DNA from: a virus
Length of the DNA stretch: 49,330 nt
Reading direction: 5' to 3' (one strand)
Virus genome (UHGV): UHGV-0139780
The translations under genes and the position numbers were made by a program. The notes under the pieces are model-generated. The model was not told the origin of the DNA, searched no databases, and saw only the letters and a list, made by a program, of their open reading frames with translations. Below are positions 1 to 9,872 of this stretch, piece after piece (position 1 is the stretch's first letter; each line of letters begins with the position of its first letter).

Positions 1-312
1 CCGGAAAAACCCGCGTGATAAAAAGGCCCGCACACAAGGTGCGGGCAAATGATCGCGTAATATACTCAACAATTAGCTCTGTAATTATACAGATTCTTAA
101 TAGCGACAGAACTATTTAATGCGCTCGGATTCGTTTTTAGTTGAAGTAATATTAAACACCCTGAAATATCGTATAAGTTACTCGAAGGGGTTCATTAGAA
201 TCCATTCAATGCTTTCTCGGCAGTGCTTTGAAACGATAATGGATAAGTAAGCACATACCTACAATGAAAGTGTGATATGTGATATAAATCCGCCATCCCG
301 ATTTGACTTTTC

Positions 313-648
313 ATGGAGGAAAACATGTCGAACGAGATGGCGGGCGTTACAACAGATCAAGTTGAGCGTATTGCCGCAATCGTTGCTCGGGAGGTTGTTG
401 GCAAATTGGGTAAAGAGCTACGTGAAGAAATTGGCCAGGAGGTCAACGATCAGCTGAAAACCTACTTTGGTGATATGACCCCGGCGCAACATAGTATTCA
501 ACACTCCAACCTGGACAAACTCCTTAACCGGTTAGATTCCATCTCAAGTGGGTTCTTTGGCGGCATTGTTTCTAAAATAACGTCGTTCATTATTACCGCA
601 CTGCTTTTGGGGTTAGCCGCGTATGGCGTAAAAAACGGGCTGCAATAA
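313..648 (+). CDS. small membrane protein with single C-terminal TM helix; putative holin
   Basis: 111 aa, hydrophobic C-terminal segment (ITSFIITALLLGLAAYGV); sits immediately upstream of the endolysin-like gene; GGAGGA before an alternative ATG at 325. Confidence 0.35.
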   Translation: MEENMSNEMAGVTTDQVERIAAIVAREVVGKLGKELREEIGQEVNDQLKTYFGDMTPAQHSIQHSNLDKLLNRLDSISSGFFGGIVSKITSFIITALLLGLAAYGVKNGLQ

Positions 649-661
649 CAGGAGATCAAGG

Positions 662-1354
662 ATGAAAACTCCGAGAGGCATTCGTAATAATAACCCCGGT
701 AATCTTGATAAAGGATCACCGTGGCAAGGTCTGGTTGCGAATCCAGACGAACCGCGCTTTTGCACGTTTAAAGACCCTGTTTGGGGGATTCGTGCGCTGG
801 CGGTGACTCTAATTACCTACCACGATAAACGTCGCGCAAAAGACGGCTCAAGTATCGATACCATTCGTGAAGTTATTGAACGCTGGGCACCGCCGAATGA
901 AAACAATACTGACGCCTACATTAATGAGGTGTCTAAAGCCGTTGGTGTAACCGCAGACATGATCATCGATCTGCATGATTACGACATCCTTCGACCTTTG
1001 GTTGAGGCAATCATTCGCCACGAGAATGGTCGAGGTCCACTCAAAACGCTGAACACCTGGTATGCGGCAGAAGTTATTGAGGAAGGTCTGCGTCGAGCTG
1101 GCGTCGTTAAGCCGGTGAAAACCGTGAAGGCTGTTCCTGTAACTAAAGAAACCGCAGGCGCAACTGTTACAGCAGGTATTGGTCTGGCGCAGCTGGCCGA
1201 TGTTATGCCGCAGGTTTCCGCTGCTATGGATAAGGCACAAGGTCATATCTCTAGCGGGGATACAGTACGCATCATCTTCGGTATTGCCACTATTGTTGTG
1301 GCAGGATTCATTGCCTGGTCGCAGGTAAGAAAACATCAGAAAGGGATGGTCTAA
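662..1354 (+). CDS. putative peptidoglycan hydrolase (endolysin-like) with C-terminal transmembrane anchor
   Basis: 230 aa; N-terminal GIRNNNPGNL motif; C-terminal hydrophobic helix (IIFGIATIVVAGFIAW); position between holin-like and spanin-like genes. Confidence 0.4.
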   Translation: MKTPRGIRNNNPGNLDKGSPWQGLVANPDEPRFCTFKDPVWGIRALAVTLITYHDKRRAKDGSSIDTIREVIERWAPPNENNTDAYINEVSKAVGVTADMIIDLHDYDILRPLVEAIIRHENGRGPLKTLNTWYAAEVIEEGLRRAGVVKPVKTVKAVPVTKETAGATVTAGIGLAQLADVMPQVSAAMDKAQGHISSGDTVRIIFGIATIVVAGFIAWSQVRKHQKGMV

Positions 1355-1355
1355 T

Positions 1356-1607
1356 ATGCTAGGCAGCCTGATGACAAAGCTAAAAGTTGCTTTGATTACG
1401 CTGGCTGCCGTTCTTTTCGTTCTGGTCGGCGCTTACACGATGGGCGGAAATGCGGCGCGACGAGCAATGGAAGAGAAGGCAAAACAGGAAGACAGAAAAC
1501 GACTTCAAAACACAGTGGAAGTGGTAAATGAGACGAGCAATAAAATACGTCAGAAAGATGCTTCTGCCATTCATCGTGAGTTGTATGATAAGTGGGTGCG
1601 TCATTAA
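1356..1607 (+). CDS. i-spanin-like protein (N-terminal TM, charged coiled-coil-like remainder)
   Basis: 83 aa with N-terminal TM (LKVALITLAAVLFVLVGAYT); directly follows the endolysin-like gene; overlaps a lipoprotein ORF in another frame. Confidence 0.45.
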   Translation: MLGSLMTKLKVALITLAAVLFVLVGAYTMGGNAARRAMEEKAKQEDRKRLQNTVEVVNETSNKIRQKDASAIHRELYDKWVRH

Positions 1608-1743
1608 ACCACAAACCGCCAGCGTATTGTTCTGCGATGGAGCTGAGCCTATCTATATCAGCAATAATGATGTAATGACCGAAGAAACCGAACGCCAAAT
1701 CCTTTTTCACAATACGATGGGAGAGAGAGTTTGCGGTTGGTGA
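1528..1743 (+). CDS. o-spanin-like outer-membrane lipoprotein (overlapped architecture)
   Basis: 71 aa with lipobox-like ISGC after a hydrophobic leader; starts inside the i-spanin-like ORF in a different frame. Confidence 0.45.
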   Translation: MRRAIKYVRKMLLPFIVSCMISGCVIKPQTASVLFCDGAEPIYISNNDVMTEETERQILFHNTMGERVCGW

Positions 1744-1774
1744 TACGAAGTTCCCCTCATTTGAGGGGAGTACA

Positions 1775-2296
1775 TTATTCTTCGAACAATTTTTCGATAG
1801 ATTTTGTTGGATAGAACAAAGATCGCTCGTTGTTTCCAATCAACTGGATAAAGCCCAGGCTTTTATAAAACGCCTTAGCCTTATCATTCAACGCCTCAAC
1901 GAAGAGTCCATGAATACCAACAGCAAGAGAGGCGTTATACACAACACGCATAGCGTGTGTTACAAGCATTGAGCCAAACCCTTGACTTTGAAGAGGTTTG
2001 TCCAAAGCCAGTCTGCCCAAAGTAACACTTGGCACATTCCGATAAGGCACCTTCTTTTGCTGGCTTCTTGAAGGTAAGGACTCCTTTTCAAAGCAGCTGC
2101 CTGACAAAGTGTAATACCCTAACACTTTGGGTCTGTCTTCTTTAGTGCAAAGCACATAAGCGCGAAGAATTTTTCCCTCATGCTGTCTTTTTAAGTGGTT
2201 GATTAAAAAGGAGTTTAGAGATTCTTCACCGCAATCAAAGCCATTCAAATCATAATCTTTCTCTCCAGAGAAAATTTCTATCTTTATATTATCCAC
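1775..2296 (-). CDS. GNAT-family acetyltransferase toxin (TacT/AtaT-like)
   Basis: 173 aa with GNAT-like core (QSQGFGSMLVTHAM...AKAFYKSLGF); GTG start 7 nt after the stop of an upstream DUF1778-like ORF. Confidence 0.7.
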   Translation of the reverse strand: MDNIKIEIFSGEKDYDLNGFDCGEESLNSFLINHLKRQHEGKILRAYVLCTKEDRPKVLGYYTLSGSCFEKESLPSRSQQKKVPYRNVPSVTLGRLALDKPLQSQGFGSMLVTHAMRVVYNASLAVGIHGLFVEALNDKAKAFYKSLGFIQLIGNNERSLFYPTKSIEKLFEE

Positions 2297-2303
2297 GAGT
2301 AAA

Positions 2304-2573
2304 CTATTCCATGCTTTTCAGACGATCAGCAGCTCGTTTCAGCTTGTCGTTCGGTGCCGGAGGATTGCTTATAGCGTCCATAACCAGATTCCAGGATTCC
2401 TCATTCAGAACCAGTCTACGGTGTTGCTCTATAACTTTCACGGCACGTTCAGATGCACTGCTAACCATAAACTGAGTAATGCTCTGGTTAGACATTGCGG
2501 CAGCTTCCTCGATGATGCTTTTATCGTCATCGGTTAATCTCAAATCGATGCGCTGCTTTTTTAGTGCTGACAT
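2304..2573 (-). CDS. DUF1778-type ribbon-helix-helix antitoxin (TacA-like)
   Basis: about 89 aa from the internal ATG at 2573, which has AGGAGG 5 nt upstream; the track ORF extends to 2612; coupled to the GNAT ORF. Confidence 0.65.
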   Translation of the reverse strand: MSALKKQRIDLRLTDDDKSIIEEAAAMSNQSITQFMVSSASERAVKVIEQHRRLVLNEESWNLVMDAISNPPAPNDKLKRAADRLKSME

Positions 2574-2891
2574 GTATTCCTCCTGATGGCCGTGATGTAG
2601 GAAGGCCATCAATCTCCTCTGTTCAAACTGAGGTTTCGACTCAAAAATTACTTTAAAAGGCTATAGCCCATTACGTGTGCATTATCAAATTGTGTACGGC
2701 ATATCACCGTACTTGTAATATAGAGGTCATTGTTACTTTTTTCAACAGACAAATACAAGCTGTGATTGCCAATTGTTAATCACAACCTACCATTTAACCT
2801 TTACACCGCAGCCGTAGGCATTTAGGCTATATCACATATAAGAAAACAAGTTGTTTCAGACGATAATTATATACGCAAAGGGAACTCTCCA

Positions 2892-3560
2892 ATGACCAAG
2901 ATCTTTGTGGTTGGCGGCACAAAGGGCGGGCCTGGCAAATCCACCGTTGCCCAGCAAATTGCCGTTTGCCTGAAAGTCAAAAAGAAGAAGAAGGTTTATA
3001 TCACTGATATAGATATTCAGCGCACGACAACAAGCTGGTGTGAAGACCGTCGACAGAACGAAGACCTTGAGCTGATTCCTTTTGCATACGTTCAGGATGA
3101 CATCATTAAGCACCTAAAATCACTTCAGGGTAGAGCTGAGTTTGTAGTGGTAGATGCTGGTGGCTTTGACTCCGAAATTCAGCGACAAGCGATGCTGATG
3201 GCTGACGTTATCATTATCCCGCTTCGTCCTAAGCGTCGTGATTTGAAATCTCTGCGTGACATCGATCCTATTATCGACAATGTTCGTAATGTAAACGATA
3301 AAGTGAAGGTCCGCGCGGTCATGAACCAGTGCCCGGCTTTGCCATCACAAGTGTCTCGCATTCTGGCGGCTAAAGAGATTGTCGAGACGTTTGGCATCGA
3401 GTCTGCGCCTGTCAATCTATATAACCGCAACGTCTACGATGATGCGGAAGAGTCTGGTCGTTCTATCTTTGAAATGACCGGTAGCGAGCGCGACAAAAAG
3501 GCGGAAGCCGAGTTTGAAGAATTTGTAGATTATCTGTTGAGTCTGGAGGAAGAAGAATAA
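2892..3560 (+). CDS. parA: ParA-family partition ATPase
   Basis: Deviant Walker A GGTKGGPGKST near the N-terminus; 222 aa; followed by a small basic ORF. Confidence 0.8.
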   Translation: MTKIFVVGGTKGGPGKSTVAQQIAVCLKVKKKKKVYITDIDIQRTTTSWCEDRRQNEDLELIPFAYVQDDIIKHLKSLQGRAEFVVVDAGGFDSEIQRQAMLMADVIIIPLRPKRRDLKSLRDIDPIIDNVRNVNDKVKVRAVMNQCPALPSQVSRILAAKEIVETFGIESAPVNLYNRNVYDDAEESGRSIFEMTGSERDKKAEAEFEEFVDYLLSLEEEE

Positions 3561-3919
3561 TGTCCATGAAAATGGGTGACCTAGCAAAGCGCAAAGAGCC
3601 TGATGCACCGGCTAAGAACACAACTCCTTTGCGCCAACCAGTCAGACCACAGGGACGCCCGACTCGTGGCAAAGAGAAAATTAAAAGCCGCACAATGTCA
3701 CTGGAAGACGAATACTTCGAACTGCTGGAGATGATGAAGTTCATCCCTCGTTTCGAGAAGTTCACCCGTTCTGACGTGATTCGAGCAGCTATTTTCCATC
3801 TGGCAGAGAAGTCACCGCAGGAAATCGAGGACATCGTGAAACTTAACGAGGCGATCACAGCTGCCGACGTTACTATGCGTACCGATGAAATCAAGCGAGA
3901 ACTCATGAAAAAAGGCTGA
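3560..3919 (+). CDS. small centromere-binding partner protein (ParG/RHH-like)
   Basis: 119 aa, basic N-terminal tail, start overlaps the parA stop; 3' end resembles an RHH fold. Confidence 0.5.
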   Translation: MSMKMGDLAKRKEPDAPAKNTTPLRQPVRPQGRPTRGKEKIKSRTMSLEDEYFELLEMMKFIPRFEKFTRSDVIRAAIFHLAEKSPQEIEDIVKLNEAITAADVTMRTDEIKRELMKKG

Positions 3920-3947
3920 CAACTTCCGGTCTGGCAGCTTCAATCAG

Positions 3948-4009
3948 AACCTGTTTCTGTATATAAATAATAAGTAACTTATTAAATATATATATACGGA
4001 AGCAGGTCT
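3948..4009 (+). terminator. large hairpin (16-bp stem, AT-rich loop) plus T-run; copy A of a recurring element
   Basis: cctgtttctgtatata ... tatatacggaagcagg followed by tctttt; a near-identical element lies at 47461-47520. Confidence 0.5.
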
Positions 4010-4114
4010 TTTAAAAGACACCCACCAGAACAACTCCCTTCCGTTTTCACTTCCAAAAACTGACACCAGTCGCTATCATCTGCTCATTGTGATAAGTAAG
4101 TAACTACCTACCAG

Positions 4115-4864
4115 GTGAGCCACATGAGCCAAATCTTTTTCGACACAATCGACAACGACCAGTACGACTTCATGACAGAGTGGAATACCGCTGTTATGGA
4201 CAAGTGGGTTGCTGAAAACATTGGTTTGTCGCGCTGCAAAGACGAGGCTGAACTCTTCTATACGAAGTGGTTTGATTACCGCGACATGCATCCTCTTATG
4301 GCTACCTGTCTGTTTACGGAGGCATACAAACGTCAGTACTCAAATATCATGCTGACGCACGGTCGCGAACACTTTGAAACAGCTCCGTTTACCACCGGGT
4401 TAAAACGCCTGCCTTATCAGGAGTTGTCGACTGCCAATAAAACGTCGCTATGGAAAGCACGCCAGTTTGCTGACCGCTATTGCTGCTCATACGACTACTT
4501 TATCTCCACCGTGCTTTCCGCAGCTGCACGACGTCTGTGGGACAAGCTGCCTCGCCCACAACATTTGTGGCAGCCAGAACTGATTGAGATATTTGAAGAG
4601 AAATTAGCCAGGCGCGCAACAACCCGTCTGGATGACTCTCTGGTTAGCTTTAAGCATATGGGAGACATGCAGTTCAACCCGATCCAGGAAAGCTATTTTG
4701 AGTGGATTCTGGAGCGTTTACGCACCATCCCCCGCAGCAAGCGCATACGCGCAATTTTCTCCGCTATCTGGCTAATGGAAATCGTTCCAGAGCGCCTTAT
4801 TTCCGCCCACTTTCCAGAAGAACTGGAAGAAGCACGGCGGTTTATTGATCCCCTATCTAATTAA
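4115..4864 (+). CDS. hypothetical protein
   Basis: 249-aa ORF immediately upstream of the helicase gene; no motif recognised. Confidence 0.4.
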   Translation: MSHMSQIFFDTIDNDQYDFMTEWNTAVMDKWVAENIGLSRCKDEAELFYTKWFDYRDMHPLMATCLFTEAYKRQYSNIMLTHGREHFETAPFTTGLKRLPYQELSTANKTSLWKARQFADRYCCSYDYFISTVLSAAARRLWDKLPRPQHLWQPELIEIFEEKLARRATTRLDDSLVSFKHMGDMQFNPIQESYFEWILERLRTIPRSKRIRAIFSAIWLMEIVPERLISAHFPEELEEARRFIDPLSN

Positions 4865-4907
4865 CTAATACTAGAAAACAATTTGTTTAAAAAACAAAGG
4901 AAAGCAC

Positions 4908-6248
4908 ATGACCGAACTTTGCCATACAGGACGCGGGCTGTCCGAAGAGTTTGATGAAGATTTCCAGAACAGATTGACGGCATATTTTTGTCGTGATCAC
5001 GAGTTTCTTACTCGTGCGGGAGATCTGGTTGTGCCTAGCCAATTTGCCAATGCGGCCAATGCCATATTGGTTAATATGGTTTCGGGCTATTACCGTATGT
5101 ACAAGAGCGCGCCCTCTTCATCTGCGATTCTGGATCTGCTTAAGCGTGCGAAACGCGATAAGACTATCCGTGAGGAACTATTCGCGGATGTTGTTGCTGC
5201 GTTTAAGCGCATCCTTGCAGAAAAATTGTCCGATACCTCGTACATGGTTGACCAGGTATCAACCTTCGCAAAAAGCGTAGCGTTTGATGATGCTCTGATT
5301 AAGGCTGCTGAACTTAAAGAGAAAGGCGACTTTCAGGGGGCGATGGCAATCATGGCCAAGGTTCAGCAGATTGGATCGAACGAAGCGGCCGGAATCTATG
5401 ACTACTACACTTCCGCAAGTGAGCGATTGAAAGCGCGTGAATATGAGGCTTCAGAGGAGTATGTGCCAAACAGCATTACAACTGGACTCCCTCTGCTCGA
5501 TAGGTTGCTGTACCAAAAAGGCTGGGCGAAGCGTGAAATGGTGCTCTTCATGGGGTTCGCTAAATCCGGTAAATCGACCGCAATGGGTGAGTTTTCGGTA
5601 AACGCAACGCTTGCTGGCTACAATGTTCTGTATCTCTCGCTGGAGGTTCACACCACCATTTTATCCGACCGTTTTGATGCAAGATTGTCGGAGACGGAAA
5701 TGTCCAGACTGGTGGAACGGCGCGATGAAGTTCATCGTAAGTTGGCAGAGTTGGGAGCCACTAAGGGGATTGGTAGTTTGTGGGTTGTTGAGCGTCCGTC
5801 AGGAAGTATGTCACCGGCAGATCTGGACCGTATGCTTAACAGTATGAAAGCCAATGGCATGGTGCCTGACATGGTTGTTGTCGACTACGCAGATTTGATG
5901 CGTGCCAGTTATGACCTTCGTGATGATCGCGCCAATATTCGTAGTATCTACACAGATTTACGTGCTCTTTATGACAAACATAACGTTGCTGGAATCACGG
6001 CATCGCAGACAAACCGTGAAGGTGGCGCGTCAGAAGTTGCCACAATGATGCACGCTGCCGACAACATCGAAAAAGTACGTATTGCTGACCTGGTAATAAC
6101 GATCAACAAAACCGAAGAAGAAGAAGCGAAAGGAGAGGCTCGTCTCTACTTTGCTGGTTCACGTAACCAGCAAGGAGGGATCAGCATTCGTGTTAAACAA
6201 AACCTCGAACAAATGCGCTTCATTGAGCGGATCTTAGACGTTACCTAA
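4908..6248 (+). CDS. replicative DNA helicase (DnaB/gp4-like RecA-fold)
   Basis: Walker A GFAKSGKST, Walker B-like VVVDYADLM; conserved ACAAAGGAAAGCACATG start context. Confidence 0.75.
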   Translation: MTELCHTGRGLSEEFDEDFQNRLTAYFCRDHEFLTRAGDLVVPSQFANAANAILVNMVSGYYRMYKSAPSSSAILDLLKRAKRDKTIREELFADVVAAFKRILAEKLSDTSYMVDQVSTFAKSVAFDDALIKAAELKEKGDFQGAMAIMAKVQQIGSNEAAGIYDYYTSASERLKAREYEASEEYVPNSITTGLPLLDRLLYQKGWAKREMVLFMGFAKSGKSTAMGEFSVNATLAGYNVLYLSLEVHTTILSDRFDARLSETEMSRLVERRDEVHRKLAELGATKGIGSLWVVERPSGSMSPADLDRMLNSMKANGMVPDMVVVDYADLMRASYDLRDDRANIRSIYTDLRALYDKHNVAGITASQTNREGGASEVATMMHAADNIEKVRIADLVITINKTEEEEAKGEARLYFAGSRNQQGGISIRVKQNLEQMRFIERILDVT

Positions 6249-6329
6249 AAAATAAGCGTGGAGAACACCTCCACGCTTGATTCATTGGTGAAACAACTTT
6301 TCTTTTGCCAAACCACAAAAGAAAAACAC

Positions 6330-7511
6330 ATGAACCTTTATGTTATATCAACATTTAGGTTGGTCACAATATTGCCTGTTAAAAGTGGAATTATCGTGAG
6401 CGAGCTGAAAGAGCTAATTACCGAATTAGATTTTGAACAATGGTTGGACACTGAAGGTATCGTTTATCGACGTGGAGGTGTGAGTACTCGCGGTCGTGAA
6501 GTGAATATCAAGGAGTGTCCGGTATGCGGCAGCTCCAACTGGAAGGTATATTTCAATCTGACCAGCGGCGTCGGTAAATGCTTCGCTGGTGATCATCCCG
6601 AAGAGATTCAGTTCAATAAGCTGGTCTTCCTCAAGCACTACAGCGGTAAATCACGACGACAGTTCGAGGAATATGTGCAGAACGCTCTTCTTTCCCAGGG
6701 GTGGGCACCAAAGAAAGAAGAGATAGTGCTTGCAAGCACAGTCGAGTTAGAGGGACCACTTGCACTCCCTCGTCATTACGAACTTCCTATAGATGGCCGT
6801 CTTCCAGACTATCTGGTTGAACGAAACATATCGCCTGAAATGGCAAAGTATTTTGACCTACGATACTGCGTCGAAGGTAAGCACGCCTATGTAGATCCGT
6901 ATACAGATCAGGTTAAAGGACAGATATTCGATATGCGAATACTGATACCGGTTTACGATCTGGATGGGGTAATGAAGACATTTCAGGGGCGAGACATTAC
7001 CGGTACAGCTGAACGTCGCTACCTCTTTCCTATGCAGCTTCCAGCTTCAGGTAAGTTCCTCTACAACGGCCATAATGCAGTCGGCAAACAAACTGTTGTT
7101 GTCTGTGAGGGGGCGTTCGATGTTATGGGAGTCAAACGAGCTATTTTTGACGAAGAAACATTACGTGATTACGTGGAACCGATAGGAACGTTCGGGATGC
7201 ATCTATCTGGTAACACTACTCAGGATGCAGAAGATCAGTTAGGCGCGTTCCTGACGCTCAAGGCGCGTGGATTACGTAATGTGATCATGATGTGGGATAG
7301 TGAAAAGCAAGCTATACGAAACACTATGGCCGCAGCCAGGCGACTGACCAGTATCGGTCTTAATGTCAAAGTTGCGTGTTTGGGTGAGGAAGGACTCGAC
7401 CCGGGCGGTGCAACGCCAGAACAAATTATCAAAGCCTATTATCGGGCAAAACCGTATACCAAACAGTTGGAGTTGCAAAGCAAGGTTTTGGGCATTAAGG
7501 CTCTCTCATAA
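6330..7511 (+). CDS. DNA primase (zinc-finger plus TOPRIM)
   Basis: CPVCGSS...C zinc finger and VVVCEGAFDVMG TOPRIM motif; start placed at the ATG preceded by AAAAGAAAAACACATG; track start 6258 overlaps a hairpin. Confidence 0.7.
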   Translation: MNLYVISTFRLVTILPVKSGIIVSELKELITELDFEQWLDTEGIVYRRGGVSTRGREVNIKECPVCGSSNWKVYFNLTSGVGKCFAGDHPEEIQFNKLVFLKHYSGKSRRQFEEYVQNALLSQGWAPKKEEIVLASTVELEGPLALPRHYELPIDGRLPDYLVERNISPEMAKYFDLRYCVEGKHAYVDPYTDQVKGQIFDMRILIPVYDLDGVMKTFQGRDITGTAERRYLFPMQLPASGKFLYNGHNAVGKQTVVVCEGAFDVMGVKRAIFDEETLRDYVEPIGTFGMHLSGNTTQDAEDQLGAFLTLKARGLRNVIMMWDSEKQAIRNTMAAARRLTSIGLNVKVACLGEEGLDPGGATPEQIIKAYYRAKPYTKQLELQSKVLGIKALS

Positions 7512-7587
7512 AATCGCACCTTTAAAATAAGTAGATAGTCACTTATCTTTCTGTAAGAATAGTTTCATCTGTTAGCTAGGAGTTGGT

Positions 7588-8370
7588 ATGAAAGACGAAA
7601 TTCAGAAATTAGCTTGCGACATCATTGATAAAACTGGTTTAGAAATCAGCGAGAGTAACCGGCTAGACATTATTGAAAAAGCCGTCAATACAGCAATGGA
7701 TCATATTGCCACTCGTTTAGTCGATATCCCGCTACCAGGACTACCTTATCTGAAAGTTGAGTTACGCGTATGGGGCGAATCTTCTGATGCACGGCGTTCT
7801 GCATTGGTTGTTTTTATTAGCAAAGAAAACATACAAGCTCTAAAAGTGCAGGTTGGGGCATGGTTTGATGGTAGGGTTATCTACACTGATACTCTCATTT
7901 GTCCTTCAGGTGATGAGCATATTGAAGCCACTATTCGAGAATCAATTCGGGCTATGCGCAACTTGTCTTTGCTGAAAGACAAGCCTAACTATGAAAATTA
8001 CTTGCTATCAACAAAATCTGAACCAGCATTGTCGCTGAAAGCCGATTTTGTGACCCCGGCTAACTTGCTAGAAGTTTTGATCAATAAAGGGGCGAAGAAT
8101 GCCGTAAATGTAATCAGAGAGAGTGAATATGCATCTCTTTGCGACATGTGCAAAAGCCAGTTGGATCTGGTGCATATCGTTATTGATGCTGGGAAGGCAT
8201 GTGATGGCGTAATGGCGGAATTTGCTGGGAAGATGGTCAGGATTGCTAACGAATTACCGATGATAGAGCAAGAGGCTAAATCATACGCCACCAATCATGT
8301 CACAGAGCTTCTTGTCCCCTATCGCTTAGAAAGCAATCAGCGCAAGATGATTAGCTGGGGAAGTTGGTAA
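7588..8370 (+). CDS. hypothetical protein
   Basis: 260-aa ORF with good coding continuity; no motif recognised. Confidence 0.4.
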   Translation: MKDEIQKLACDIIDKTGLEISESNRLDIIEKAVNTAMDHIATRLVDIPLPGLPYLKVELRVWGESSDARRSALVVFISKENIQALKVQVGAWFDGRVIYTDTLICPSGDEHIEATIRESIRAMRNLSLLKDKPNYENYLLSTKSEPALSLKADFVTPANLLEVLINKGAKNAVNVIRESEYASLCDMCKSQLDLVHIVIDAGKACDGVMAEFAGKMVRIANELPMIEQEAKSYATNHVTELLVPYRLESNQRKMISWGSW

Positions 8371-8427
8371 TCTCTCCGAGCGTCGTTTCTTTTACGCAAA
8401 CAATGATAGGTAAGTACAAGGTTATTT

Positions 8428-8910
8428 ATGGCGATAGTTGTGAAAGCTGATTTGTCAAAAATCCCCTCTATTTCAGGAAATAATGGTTATTCACTTCGTT
8501 GTGAGGAAGTAAAGATAAACGGTGAGTCGGCATATTGCAGTTACTCCGTTTGCCAGCATACCATTCTTGCCTTCAAAGAAAACCGTCTTCCTCGAACTTC
8601 ATTCCAGTCGTGCGCAACCGCTATCAAAGCAGGCAAATGCAAGGCGTTAAAAATGATGGTTGGAGAGATTCGTAAAGGAGAATCTCTGTATTTCGAAGAT
8701 ATGACCGCGCTCATTAAGGAGGTTGAAGAACGGAATAAACAAGCCAGAACTATAAAACGAAAACGTGACAGTGTAACGATTAATAGCATGGTTAAGAAGA
8801 GCACCACATCACAAACAGCGATCACTGACGTGTATGCGGCGTTGCTTGAAGAAACAACAAAAGAAACACATGAGCAAATCGATCAACATATGGAGGCAAA
8901 ACAACAATGA
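8428..8910 (+). CDS. hypothetical protein (Cys-containing, basic C-terminus)
   Basis: 160-aa ORF; no motif recognised. Confidence 0.4.
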   Translation: MAIVVKADLSKIPSISGNNGYSLRCEEVKINGESAYCSYSVCQHTILAFKENRLPRTSFQSCATAIKAGKCKALKMMVGEIRKGESLYFEDMTALIKEVEERNKQARTIKRKRDSVTINSMVKKSTTSQTAITDVYAALLEETTKETHEQIDQHMEAKQQ

Positions 8911-9376
8911 AAAAGTTGATCGCACTTAAGCATAAGCTGGACGAAATGAAAGCTATGGGAACCAATGCAAAAAAAGAGGCATTGGCCAACATGGATGACT
9001 TCGAGCAAAGCATGGTTTCATTGATGCTCAACCCTTTCATTCGTTTTGGGGTAAAGAAATACAAAGTGACCGGAGTTCCCTGAGTACTGGAAGCCTAAAA
9101 CGCGAGCTAAGTTAGAGCGTTTAGGGTTGGTTGCAAACGTTTCTGAAACGAAGTGTTCGGCCAACTACCAGTTAACTGATAAAGGGAAAGTATTGCTACA
9201 GCAATTAGTAGAATCAGGAGTGTTAAAATGATTCCATACATCTCATTAGCTTTTATGGCGGGCTTCCTTATCGGCTTCGGCATCTGTCGTGACTTAATTA
9301 AGCAGGAACTTAAAACCAAAACACTGTGCATCGGAAAGCGTGTGTATCGAGTAGTTCATGAAACAAAGGTTAGAAA

Positions 9377-9667
9377 ATGAGCAATTTAACTTCTTGGGAA
9401 TGGTGGTTGGTCACCTATTTCTTAGCGGCCGGAGTCGCATTCGCCTTTTACGTAGGTCAGTTAGTCGTAAAACTGCTGCTGATGAAATTTGCCAGTCATA
9501 AACGTATCGATGATGGTCTGTGGCGTCTTGGCACCCTGGTGGAAACTCGCTACGGGCAACTTAAGGAGAACGAAACCATTACTATCCAAGCGAAACGATT
9601 CACTGCCACCATCACAAGAACACCTGATCGTAGAGTGGCCTTGATCAAAAAAGTCACAACCGAATAA
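9377..9667 (+). CDS. hypothetical small membrane protein
   Basis: 96 aa with N-terminal hydrophobic helix (WWLVTYFLAAGVAFAFYVGQLVV). Confidence 0.35.
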   Translation: MSNLTSWEWWLVTYFLAAGVAFAFYVGQLVVKLLLMKFASHKRIDDGLWRLGTLVETRYGQLKENETITIQAKRFTATITRTPDRRVALIKKVTTE

Positions 9668-9872
9668 AAACACGACGATAAGTATTTACTTACCTATCCT
9701 TTGTGTATAAGATGACTTTGTTTTCGTTGAGACGCGACTGTTTGAACTTAAATACAAGTGCAAACGAAGAAGTCTATCTGGCAGTAGCCTAATAAGCCAA
9801 ACACCAGCGAGGTCAGTTTCCAGCCTCGTTACCGAAATGGAACACACTGAGCGAGTGTGATTGCAGAACGCA

